Below, piece by piece: positions 7,398 to 16,069 of a stretch of DNA of 43,056 bases (its first letter is position 1; the number at the start of each line of letters is the position of its first letter). The translations under genes were made by a program, and so were the position numbers. Under the pieces are notes generated by a model that had not been told where the DNA came from, searched no databases, and saw only the letters and a program-made list of their open reading frames with translations. The DNA lies in the NCBI GenBank assembly GCA_040386535.1, contig JAZKFH010000007.1, positions 44,060 through 87,115 on the forward strand, read 5' to 3'. Origin of the DNA: Myxococcota bacterium. Its GTDB lineage: Bacteria > Myxococcota_A > UBA796 > SXON01.

Positions 7398-8756
7398 ATG
7401 CTGCTGATCCCCGCGTTGGTGTTCACGAGTTGCGCGCCGCGGTCGACGGACACGGACACGCCGGACACCGAGACCGGGTCGGTCGCGGAGTGCGAGTCGG
7501 CCCCGACCGGGCTGTGCCCGGCCTGCGACCTGGACGTGGTGATCCGGTGCGGCGGGTCGGACTTCGGCGCGCCTGGGGTGCGCGTGGGCGTCGAGGAGGC
7601 GGGGGCCTGGCTCGTCACGAGCAGCGCGGACGCGCCCTACGTGTTCGACGTGGACACGACGGGCGCGACGGCGCGTCCGGGCGTCCCCGCCTGGTTCACC
7701 CGCGCGCAGACGCTCGTGGCCGAGGACATCGACGGCGCGCTCCACCTCCTCGCCTACGGCTCCGGCGACGACATCCACGATCTTGGCCTCGAGTATGGTC
7801 GTCCCACCGACGACGCGTGGACCCTGGAAGAGGTCGCGGGCCGGTCCCACGAGTACGGGCTCGAGATCGCGCCGGACGGGACGCCCCGGGTCTGGCTCGA
7901 TCCCAGCCCGCCCGGTCACCGGGCCGTCGCGACGCGCACGTCGGGCGGGTGGCGCACCACCGACCTCGACCTGCCCGAGGACACCGAGTGGGGCGAATTC
8001 AGCCTCGACGCCAACGGGGAGACCGTGGCCGTGGGCGTGGACTACGCCGAGTACGTCGTGAACGTCCTCCTCGCGGGGGAGCCGATCGCCATCTCGCCGA
8101 TCGTACCCTCCACCGCGTTGACCCACTGGAGCCTGGCGCGGCTCCCGCCCGCCCGCGCCGTCGCGGGCGCGCCCGTGGCCCTCGTCACGATGCCCGCGGC
8201 GGGGCTCCAGGTCTCCTTCGTGCAGGACTCCTCCGTGGACACCGCGCCGACCGCGTTCCCCATTCCGGACACGGCGCTGCTCGTCTCGACCTGCACCACG
8301 CTCGATTGGGACAAGCCGTGCCCCGAGCCCTGCCACGACACGGGGGTGGGCCTCGGACCACTCGACGCCGAGTACGCCGCCGCGCGCGCCGAGGACGGGG
8401 CGGTGTGGGTCGCGTACGTGGTGCTCCATCGCGACCAGCAGATCACGTACGCCTGGTCCGAGGGTGACGGAGACGGCGACACAAGCGGCTGTGACGGCAC
8501 GATCGTGTCGGACGCCTCGTACACCCTGCTCCACGTCGTGCGGGTGGACACCGACGGGTCGGTCGAGACGCGCCTGACGCTGCCCATCGACGGGCGCGGC
8601 CCCTTCACCGGGTGGGAGATCGGGCTGGTGCACGGGCTCGATCTCGCGGTCGCTGACGGGCGTGTGGCGCTGGCGCTGCGCACGGACGATCCGGCCTCGG
8701 ACGAGATCTACCAGAACAGCGTGAGGGTGTTGACCTTCCCGGCGACCGCGCCCTGA
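7398..8756 (+). CDS. Hypothetical lipoprotein, probably beta-rich/propeller-like
   Basis: MLLIPALVFTSC start, a Thr/Asp linker, Cys pairs and beta-strand-like repeats. TACCCT 5 nt upstream of ATG 7398. Confidence 0.7.
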   Translation: MLLIPALVFTSCAPRSTDTDTPDTETGSVAECESAPTGLCPACDLDVVIRCGGSDFGAPGVRVGVEEAGAWLVTSSADAPYVFDVDTTGATARPGVPAWFTRAQTLVAEDIDGALHLLAYGSGDDIHDLGLEYGRPTDDAWTLEEVAGRSHEYGLEIAPDGTPRVWLDPSPPGHRAVATRTSGGWRTTDLDLPEDTEWGEFSLDANGETVAVGVDYAEYVVNVLLAGEPIAISPIVPSTALTHWSLARLPPARAVAGAPVALVTMPAAGLQVSFVQDSSVDTAPTAFPIPDTALLVSTCTTLDWDKPCPEPCHDTGVGLGPLDAEYAAARAEDGAVWVAYVVLHRDQQITYAWSEGDGDGDTSGCDGTIVSDASYTLLHVVRVDTDGSVETRLTLPIDGRGPFTGWEIGLVHGLDLAVADGRVALALRTDDPASDEIYQNSVRVLTFPATAP

Positions 8757-8782
8757 ACGCGCCGTCCACCCCCGGAGAACGC

Positions 8783-9409
8783 ATGATTGCGACCCTCCTT
8801 TTTTCGCTCCTCGGGTGCGACTCCCAGGATCTGGCCCCGTCGTCGTGCGCGGACACGGTGACGACCATCGCGTGGAACGACACGAGCGCCACCGGCTACT
8901 CCGCCGAGAGCATCGTGAGTGGCCTCCCCGCGCGCTACGACTGGACCGCCCAGTGGCAGGACACGAGCCTCGCGGGCCCGGGCGAGGACTCCCTGGTCGC
9001 GACGCTGGCCGTGCCGGAGGATCCGGCCGAGCTCGTCGAGCGGACCGCGAGCCAGGCAACGTGCGCGCGGAGCGGCACCTTCCTCCGGGTGGAGGCCACG
9101 ATGGCGTTGGCGTCCGATCGTTTCACGGCGACCGTGCCCGGGGTCCTGGAGCTCTGGGGCCCCGCCGACATCACCTTCGACACCGTGGACCTCGAGGCGA
9201 CCTCGGTCGACCTCGGCGAGGCGCTCGGCACCGTCGTCACCACCGAGTGCTCGGACGAGGCCTACAGCGTCACCGGCACCTACGCCTCCGTGGGCGGATC
9301 CTCGAGCGCGGGGGAGGTCTCTGTGCGCGCCGCCTGGGAGTCCGACGAGAGCGACAGCGGCGGCTACGCGTGGGTGCTCGTCGGGAGCTACGCGTCGATC
9401 GATCGGTGA
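8783..9409 (+). CDS. Hypothetical lipoprotein (paralog of 41677-42309)
   Basis: LLGC lipobox; ggaga RBS-like sequence upstream; shared motifs with the 41677 protein. Confidence 0.75.
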   Translation: MIATLLFSLLGCDSQDLAPSSCADTVTTIAWNDTSATGYSAESIVSGLPARYDWTAQWQDTSLAGPGEDSLVATLAVPEDPAELVERTASQATCARSGTFLRVEATMALASDRFTATVPGVLELWGPADITFDTVDLEATSVDLGEALGTVVTTECSDEAYSVTGTYASVGGSSSAGEVSVRAAWESDESDSGGYAWVLVGSYASIDR

Positions 9410-9438
9410 GGGTCCGCCTTCCCGGCCCCTGAATCCGC

Positions 9439-10800
9439 CTACCCCCGCCGCGCCGCCCGGATCCGCGCGAAGATCTCCGCCACCTCGGCCGAGCGGTCCA
9501 GCTCCGGTGTGAACCGCCGCACGAACTGCGCGATCTCGGGCTCCGGCTCAGGCGCCATGGCCGCGCTGCCCCCGTAGTTGCACTCGGGGCCGAGCGTCGT
9601 CTCGTCGAAGTCGAACGCCGGGAGCGTGATCGGAGGGGCCGCGTCGGAGATCGCCATGCGATCGGTGTCGAGCGCCACGCCCATCGAGTTGGCGGCGCGG
9701 AGCCGCGCGTTCCACGGGTCGATGCCGTGCCGCTCGCACACGTACTTGATCCAGCTGGTGTGGTCGAACGTGGTGTGCTCGACGCCCGGCCGCACGTAGG
9801 GGCCGACCAGGAGCGTCGGCACGCGGAAGCCCAGCTGGTCGAAGCCCTCGGACGCGCGGTCGTCCTCCGTGGTGGGCGGCGCGACGTGATCGTGGAAGCC
9901 ACCGTGCTCGTCGTACAACACGACGAACAGGCACCGGCCCCACTGCGGGGACCTGGCGAGGGCCTCGTAGATCAGCCCGATCAGCTCCTGGCCGAGGCCG
10001 GGGTGGTGCGGCGGGTGATCGTCGTTGTAGCCGAAGCCGGGATCGATCCAGACCACCGGCGGGAGCTCGCCGCGCTCGGCGTCCTCGAGGAAGTCCTCGA
10101 ACAGCGACGCCGTCTCCGTGCGGAAGTGGCCCTCGAACAGGCCGATGTAGGGCAGGTCGACGTAGTAGTAGCGCCAGGGGACGCCGGCCTCGTCGAGCTT
10201 GGTCCACAAGGTCGGGAACGTGAACGCGCCGCCGCTGGGGAAGTCGTTGTTCTTCTGGCCCTCGCTCGTGCCGGCGTGGGCGTAGAAGCGGTTGGGCCAG
10301 GTGGGGCCCATCACCGAGCAGAACCACGCGTCGCAGACGGTGTACGCATCGGCGAGCGCGTAGGTGACCGGCAGCTCGGCGCGCGTGAGGTAGCCCATGA
10401 CCTCGTCGACGAGATCGGTGCGGCTCTCGTAGGCGCGCACGAAGCCGTCATTGGCGCCGTCGTTGAACTGGTTGTGGGAGGCGTCCCAGCCGTGCGGAGG
10501 GTCGGCGGGACAGTCGATGGTCGTGGGCCCGACGGGGTGCTCCTCGCCGGTGGAGCCCGGGTTGGACATGGCGGCGTCGAGGCCGTCCACGTCGGTGCGG
10601 CCGTCCACGAGGCGGAGCGCGCCGAGGTAGTGGTCGAAGCTCCGGTTCTCCATCATCAGCACGACGATCGTGTCGATGGTGGCGGCCTCGGGCGCCGGGG
10701 TCCCGGCTCCGGTGTCCCCCTTGGGGCCCGTGCACGCGGCCACGGACGCGGCGGCCCCCACCAGGGCCTCACGACGAGTCGGGGAGAGGGATCGACGCAT
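9439..10800 (-). CDS. Phosphoesterase / phospholipase C (alkaline phosphatase superfamily), Tat-type lipoprotein signal
   Basis: TRREALVG...AAC signal. Motifs IVVLMMENRSFDHY, DPPHGW, FCSVMGPTWPNR, DDHPP, YDEHGGFHDHV, LGFRVP and FDHTS. Confidence 0.92.
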   Translation of the reverse strand: MRRSLSPTRREALVGAAASVAACTGPKGDTGAGTPAPEAATIDTIVVLMMENRSFDHYLGALRLVDGRTDVDGLDAAMSNPGSTGEEHPVGPTTIDCPADPPHGWDASHNQFNDGANDGFVRAYESRTDLVDEVMGYLTRAELPVTYALADAYTVCDAWFCSVMGPTWPNRFYAHAGTSEGQKNNDFPSGGAFTFPTLWTKLDEAGVPWRYYYVDLPYIGLFEGHFRTETASLFEDFLEDAERGELPPVVWIDPGFGYNDDHPPHHPGLGQELIGLIYEALARSPQWGRCLFVVLYDEHGGFHDHVAPPTTEDDRASEGFDQLGFRVPTLLVGPYVRPGVEHTTFDHTSWIKYVCERHGIDPWNARLRAANSMGVALDTDRMAISDAAPPITLPAFDFDETTLGPECNYGGSAAMAPEPEPEIAQFVRRFTPELDRSAEVAEIFARIRAARRG

Positions 10801-10806
10801 CAGGGG

Positions 10807-10852
10807 CTCCGGGGGGGCGTTGCGGGGGGGCCAGAGCCCCCCTGCCCCAAGA
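10807..10852. repeat. Short G/C-run palindromic repeat (family B), copy 1
   Basis: ctccgggggggcgttgcgggggggccagagcccccctgccccaaga; its reverse complement resembles 27164-27199. Confidence 0.7.
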
Positions 10853-10866
10853 AGGCGAGGAGGCGC

Positions 10867-12120
10867 TTAGGGCACGAGATCCGCCGCATCACGCGGCTCG
10901 ATCTTCCACTCCGAGAAGTTGTAGTACACCACGCCGGTGACGGTGGTGAAACGCGCGCCCAGCTCGGCGTCGTGCTCGTAGTAGAGCGTGTCGATCTTGA
11001 TGCCCCAGCTCGTCTCGACCTCGCCGTAGGCGGGCTCGCTGGTGACCTCGACGTCCGCGATCGTGATGAGCGCGCCCTCGTAGGGCTCCCAGTCGCTCGG
11101 CGCGCTGACGAGCGTTTCCGCCACTGCGACGCCGGCGCCGGTGAGGAGCATGTCGGCATCGGTGTCGGCGACGCGCAGCTGGGTGAACTCGTAGAACTCC
11201 TCGGCCGAGCCGGAGAGCGTGAACACGTCGCCCACGTTCACGGTGACGACCGCGTCGGGCGTGTAGACGGCGAGCCCGGAGCCGCCGCCGGCGTCCTGCA
11301 CGAAGAAGGTGCTCGACCCGTCATCCTCCGCGGCCGGAGAGGTGGCGACCACGCCCTCGACCGTGACGGGGCCGCACACGTCGCCCGACTGGATGCTGGC
11401 GATGGTGGCGGGCTCGGCGCTCGGGGCGGTGTACGCGCCGAGGTCGGTGTCCGCGCGCGGGTTGAGCGAGTGCGCCTCGTACTCGTAGAACACGACGCCG
11501 GTGAGCGTCTCGAACGAGCCGCGGCAGTCGTAGTCGAGGTACTGGAAGCCGTCGTCGAGCTTGATGCCGGCGGAGAGGGTGCCGGTGTTGAAGCCGTCGA
11601 CCTCGGTCACGGTCTGCGAGGAGAGCGAGACGACCACGCTCTCGTAGTCCTCCCAGTCCACCCCGGCGCCGTCACCCAGCTCGACCGGGGCGGGCAGATC
11701 GGCCTCGCCGGTGATCTCGACCGCGTCGGCGCTGCCGATCACGAACTCCATCCAGCCGTAGAACTCGGTGGGCGAGCCGGTGATGCGCACCTCGTCGCCC
11801 ACGGCGACGGTCACGCCGTCCATCCCGAGCTGGCGCCAGATGTACAGGCCGCTGTTGGGCCCGCCGGCGGGATCGGCGACGAAGAAGCCGTCCCCGTCGC
11901 GGTTGAGCGGCGAGGTGACGACGAGCCCCTCGAGGGTGACGACGGTGTCCTCGGGCACGGTGCCGTCGTTCACTTCGAAGACGGTCGGCCCATCGGCGCC
12001 AGGACCGGTGTCGTCCGTGCCCGTGTCGTCCAAGGGCTTGGGGTCCAGACAGGCCCCGAGCGCCAGGAAGGTGAGGACGGCGGCGCGGCGGCCGAGCGAT
12101 GTCGGGCGGGTGGTTGGCAT
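10867..12120 (-). CDS. Lipoprotein with a duplicated OB-fold module (YhcR/ExeM-like nucleic-acid-binding region)
   Basis: ATG 12120 with GGAGG RBS; LGAC lipobox. Two copies of V(T)xEGxVxT...FFVxD...SGLxxx...VGDxxxxxG..EFY...WExYE...TGVVxY...xxPRxxxDL. Confidence 0.75.
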   Translation of the reverse strand: MPTTRPTSLGRRAAVLTFLALGACLDPKPLDDTGTDDTGPGADGPTVFEVNDGTVPEDTVVTLEGLVVTSPLNRDGDGFFVADPAGGPNSGLYIWRQLGMDGVTVAVGDEVRITGSPTEFYGWMEFVIGSADAVEITGEADLPAPVELGDGAGVDWEDYESVVVSLSSQTVTEVDGFNTGTLSAGIKLDDGFQYLDYDCRGSFETLTGVVFYEYEAHSLNPRADTDLGAYTAPSAEPATIASIQSGDVCGPVTVEGVVATSPAAEDDGSSTFFVQDAGGGSGLAVYTPDAVVTVNVGDVFTLSGSAEEFYEFTQLRVADTDADMLLTGAGVAVAETLVSAPSDWEPYEGALITIADVEVTSEPAYGEVETSWGIKIDTLYYEHDAELGARFTTVTGVVYYNFSEWKIEPRDAADLVP

Positions 12121-12214
12121 GTCGCCTCCGAAGATGTAGAAGGTGCCGCCGTGCCCCCCGATGGGTGGCGGGCGGAAACGGGCGGGGAGCCGCTCATACA
12201 CGGCGGAGGAACGG

Positions 12215-13153
12215 GTGACAAGCGACGATTCTGCGCTCAGGGTCCGAGGGCTCGCACGCCGGTATGGTAGCCGGGCGGCCGTCGACAATCTGGATCTCGA
12301 TGTACGTCCCGGAGATCTGTACGGGTTCCTCGGGCCCAACGGCGCGGGGAAAACGACGGCGATCCGCTGCATCCTCGGCTTGATTCGACGTGACGCCGGT
12401 ACGGTAGAGATCCTGGGCAACGCGGACCCGGTCACCCAGCGCGTCGGCGTCGGGGCGATGGTGGAGACGCCGCGGTTCCACGAGTGGCTCTCCGGGCGCG
12501 CCAACCTCGAGGTGGCGTGCGCCTACGCGGGCCGCGGCACCGGCGCCGAGATCGACCGCGCGCTCGAGCGGGTGGGCCTCGCCGCGCGCAAGAACGACAA
12601 GGTCAAGGGCTACTCGCTCGGCATGAAGCAGCGCCTCGGCATCGCCCGCGCGCTCGTCGGCGAGCCCCGCCTCCTTGTGCTGGACGAGCCCACGAACGGC
12701 CTGGATCCGCGCGGCATGCGCGAGGTGCGCGACCTGCTGGTCGAGCTGGCGCGTCGCGACAAGCTCACCGTTTTCGTGTCGAGCCATCTCCTCTCGGAGG
12801 TCGAGGCGATGTGCAACCGCGTCGGCATCATCGACAAGGGCGTGCTCAAGGCCGAGGGCCGCATGGACGAGCTGCTCGCGATGGCCGCGGGCCGCAAGCA
12901 GGTCGAGGTCGCGGTCGACGATCGCGCCAACGCCGTGCGCGCGCTGGCCGGCATCCCGGGCGCCGAGATCGTGGGCGACGGCGCGGACGGCCGCATCCGC
13001 GTGGCCCTCGACACGCTCGACGCCGCCGGCCTGAACCGCGCGCTCGTGCTCGCCGGCGTCGGCGTGCAGGAGCTCCTGCCCCGCACCGGCTCCCTCGAAG
13101 AGCTGTTCCTCTCCGTCACCTCCGCCGAGCCCGGCGTGGAGGAGCGCGCATGA
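12215..13153 (+). CDS. ABC transporter ATP-binding protein (ABC-2/BcrA-like)
   Basis: Walker A GPNGAGKT, signature YSLGMKQR, Walker B LVLDEPTNGLDP and SSH. GTG start after GGAGGA. Confidence 0.95.
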   Translation: MTSDDSALRVRGLARRYGSRAAVDNLDLDVRPGDLYGFLGPNGAGKTTAIRCILGLIRRDAGTVEILGNADPVTQRVGVGAMVETPRFHEWLSGRANLEVACAYAGRGTGAEIDRALERVGLAARKNDKVKGYSLGMKQRLGIARALVGEPRLLVLDEPTNGLDPRGMREVRDLLVELARRDKLTVFVSSHLLSEVEAMCNRVGIIDKGVLKAEGRMDELLAMAAGRKQVEVAVDDRANAVRALAGIPGAEIVGDGADGRIRVALDTLDAAGLNRALVLAGVGVQELLPRTGSLEELFLSVTSAEPGVEERA

Positions 13154-13980
13154 TCCCCCGCCACTTCCCCCGCATGGTCCTCGCGGAGATGCGCAAGGTG
13201 TTCACCCAGGGGAGCGCCATGGCGGCGTTGACCCTGGCGCTCGTTGTCGCCCTGGGCGCGGTCGCCGGGTACGCCTGGGTGCAGTCCTTCGACGAGACCG
13301 GCCCGTCGTTCAACGGCACGCCCGTCTCGCAGATCGTGATGGCCTCCGGCATCGAGGTCGCCGGCAAGGCGCTCTGGGCGCGCAACTTCTTCGTGCTGCC
13401 CTTGTTCCTCCTGCTCGCGTCGGCGTCCGCCGTCGGCGGCGAGCTCGCCGATCGCACGCTCCGCGAGCTGGTCGTGCGCCCCGTGCCGCGCTGGAGCATC
13501 CTCGTCGCCAAGCTCCTCGCGCTCTCGGCGCTCTCCGCGGCCACCCTGGTCGTGACGCTGGTGCCGAGCCTCGGCGTCGGCACCGCGCTGTTCGGCCTCA
13601 CGGTCGAGGGCGCGCCGCTGGGCAGCGCCACCGCCGGGGCCCTGCTCGGCGGATACGCGGCGAGCTTCCTCTCCGACGTGGGCCTGATCTGCATCGCGAT
13701 GGCGGCCTCGTTGGTCGTGCCGTCGGTCGGCGGCACCGTGGTCGGTGTGGCGCTGCTCCTGATGGCCGATCTGGCGCTCTACGGCCTGCTCCAGCTGCTC
13801 GGAATGCTCGGGGTGGAAGAGGCCGCCGCGGTCGTCCCGTGGACCCTGGGGAACGCCCTCGGCGCGTGGGAGGGTTGGCAGGACGGCTGGAACCCGGCAC
13901 AATTCGGCGCCCTCGCGGTGTTCGTCGCCGTGTCACTCACGTTTGCCATTGCGCGATTCAGCAGGATGGATGTACCCTGA
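13150..13980 (+). CDS. ABC-2 transporter permease
   Basis: ATGA overlap with the ATPase gene; about 6 TM segments; motif GGELADRTLRELVVRPVPRWSILVAK. Confidence 0.9.
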   Translation: MIPRHFPRMVLAEMRKVFTQGSAMAALTLALVVALGAVAGYAWVQSFDETGPSFNGTPVSQIVMASGIEVAGKALWARNFFVLPLFLLLASASAVGGELADRTLRELVVRPVPRWSILVAKLLALSALSAATLVVTLVPSLGVGTALFGLTVEGAPLGSATAGALLGGYAASFLSDVGLICIAMAASLVVPSVGGTVVGVALLLMADLALYGLLQLLGMLGVEEAAAVVPWTLGNALGAWEGWQDGWNPAQFGALAVFVAVSLTFAIARFSRMDVP

Positions 13981-13984
13981 TCCC

Positions 13985-15214
13985 ATGGGCGAGCCCGCTT
14001 CCCACGACACCTTCCTCTCGGCATTCACCGCGCCCGCGGCCTGGTGCGACGCATCCGGCATCGTGGTTGCCCACAATGACGCCTTCGAGGCGTGGGCCGG
14101 GCCGGCCATCGGCGCCCGCGTCGACATCCACGGGCCCCGCGGCACGCTGCTCGTCCCCGACCAGGCGGTGCGCTTCCTGGTGATGAGCCCGCTGGTCGAC
14201 GGGAGCTGGTTGGCCCTCGGCTCCTACGTCGAGGGCCCCGGCGTGGTGGCCGCCGTCACCGCCGCCGTCGCGCTCCGGTTGGAGCGGGTCGAGGCCTCGC
14301 TCGAGGCCAACGCGCAGATCGGCCTGCTCGAGCAGCCGCCCGAGCCCGTCGCGCGCTGCCTCCGGGAAACCCTGGCCACGGCGGAGGAGCTCCGCACGCT
14401 CCGGCTGCAGGTCGCCGCGCTCGGCGCCAGCAATGCCAACCAGCGCGTGCCCGTGTGCCTCGATCTGCTCGTACGGGACGCGGCCGCGGCGTTGCGCCCG
14501 CTCGTGATCCAGGTCGAGGCGGGCGACGCGGATCACACCGTCGAGGTCGACCGCGCGCGCCTGTTCCCCATCCTCGTGGGCCTCTTCGAAGACCTCGCGG
14601 CGCTCGCCCCCGAAGGCGAGCCGCTGCGCGTCGAGCTCCGCGGGGGCGACTACGTGCGGTTGCGCGTGCACACCGGCACGTTGCCCTCCCTGGACGGGGC
14701 GGACGCCCGCGGCCCCTCCCCCTACAGCGGCGCCATCGCCGCCGCGCGCCGCTTCGTCACCAGCGCGGGCGGCCGCGTGCTCGTCGATCCCGGCGCCTCG
14801 TTGACCTTGGAGCTCCCCGCCTTCGCGCGCGGCCTCGGCGCGGGCGTGGGCTGCGGCACGGTCCTCATCGTGGACGATGACGAGTCGGCCCTCGCGATGA
14901 TGGGCGCGGTGCTGCGCCGCGCGGGCTTCCGCGTGCTCGCGGCGGAGGACGGCGTGGCCGCCTCGGCGTTGTTCCGCCTGCACATCAGCGAGATCGTCGC
15001 CATCGTGGCGGACGCGGTGTTGCCGGGCCGGAGCGGGGTCGAGCTCGCGGCCGAGGCGCGCCGCAGCGTCCCGAGCCTGCCGGTGTTGCTGGTCAGCGGG
15101 CATTCGAGCGATCTGCTCGGCGCCGCCGACCTGTTCAACCTGCCGATCCTCTCGAAGCCGTTCGGCGCGCACGTGCTCGCCGACCGCCTCCGGGATCTGC
15201 TGGATCACGCGTGA
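13985..15214 (+). CDS. Response-regulator receiver fused to a degenerate PAS/histidine-kinase-like region
   Basis: C-terminal receiver (TVLIVDDDE...VADAVLPGRSGVEL...VSGH...LSKPF). N-terminal PAS-like segment and a kinase-like scaffold lacking H/N/G boxes. Confidence 0.8.
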   Translation: MGEPASHDTFLSAFTAPAAWCDASGIVVAHNDAFEAWAGPAIGARVDIHGPRGTLLVPDQAVRFLVMSPLVDGSWLALGSYVEGPGVVAAVTAAVALRLERVEASLEANAQIGLLEQPPEPVARCLRETLATAEELRTLRLQVAALGASNANQRVPVCLDLLVRDAAAALRPLVIQVEAGDADHTVEVDRARLFPILVGLFEDLAALAPEGEPLRVELRGGDYVRLRVHTGTLPSLDGADARGPSPYSGAIAAARRFVTSAGGRVLVDPGASLTLELPAFARGLGAGVGCGTVLIVDDDESALAMMGAVLRRAGFRVLAAEDGVAASALFRLHISEIVAIVADAVLPGRSGVELAAEARRSVPSLPVLLVSGHSSDLLGAADLFNLPILSKPFGAHVLADRLRDLLDHA

Positions 15215-15573
15215 TCGACGCCGGCGGCCCGAGCCGGGCGCCCCGCCCGATGGACCTCACCCCGTTCCGCTCCTTGCTCCGCCAGCGCCTCTCGCAGGTG
15301 CTCGCGCGCAACGCGGGCGTCAGCGCGCGCCTGCGCCAGGCCCACGGCCTGCCCGAGGACTGGGAGGAGCGCGTGACGCTGCTGAACGAGGAGGCCGCGC
15401 TCGACGGGCTCGATCCCGACGCGCGCGCCGAGATCCGCGCCATCCAGACCGCGCTCGATCGCGTCGACGACGGCAGCTACGGCAGCTGCGCCCGGTGCGG
15501 CAGCTTCATGGGCGAGGCGCGCCTCCGCGTGCTCCCTTTCGCGCTCACCTGCGTGAGCTGCACGGCGGGGTAG
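15211..15573 (+). CDS. TraR/DksA C4-type zinc finger protein
   Basis: ALDRVDDGSYGSCARCG...RLRVLPFALTCVSC. GTGA overlap with the upstream gene; alternative start ATG 15250. Confidence 0.9.
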   Translation: MIDAGGPSRAPRPMDLTPFRSLLRQRLSQVLARNAGVSARLRQAHGLPEDWEERVTLLNEEAALDGLDPDARAEIRAIQTALDRVDDGSYGSCARCGSFMGEARLRVLPFALTCVSCTAG

Positions 15574-15586
15574 GCGCCGGGCGGGG

Positions 15587-16069
15587 CTACCCCCCGTCTC
15601 CCCAGGCCCGGATCAGCAACACCCGCCACGCGAACACAACCCCCACCAACACCACCGACACGGGCACCGTCGCGAACAGGGCCTGGCGCGCGGCGGGGCC
15701 CGGCCTCGTACGGTAGCGGAACCACACGGCGTATCCGAGGAGCGGCGTGAGCACGAGGTTGGCGAGCACGAGCGCGGCGATCTGCCGCGCGGTGAACCGC
15801 GCCAGGGTGGGCGCCTGCCCCGTCAGGACGGCGCGGGCCTGGGCCCGCAGAGCGGTCGTGGGCCGCACCGGCTCGCCGCGTCGGATCCGCTCCTGAGCCC
15901 CGCGGAGGGCGGCGATGTCGAGCACGCGGGTCGAGCAGACGATGGCGAGCTCGCGCTCGTCGGAGGACGGCACGTGCGCGCAGCCGGGGCACCGCCCCAG
16001 CGGCAGATCCTTCTCCGCGCCGCACCGGGCGCAGATCGCGAAGCCTGCCCCTCCCGCGTGGTCAGCCAA
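15587..16069 (-). CDS. Hypothetical membrane protein with an N-terminal zinc ribbon
   Basis: CARCG...CPGC at the N-terminus and two C-terminal hydrophobic helices; overlaps the stop of the upstream ORF. Confidence 0.7.
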   Translation of the reverse strand: MADHAGGAGFAICARCGAEKDLPLGRCPGCAHVPSSDERELAIVCSTRVLDIAALRGAQERIRRGEPVRPTTALRAQARAVLTGQAPTLARFTARQIAALVLANLVLTPLLGYAVWFRYRTRPGPAARQALFATVPVSVVLVGVVFAWRVLLIRAWGDGG

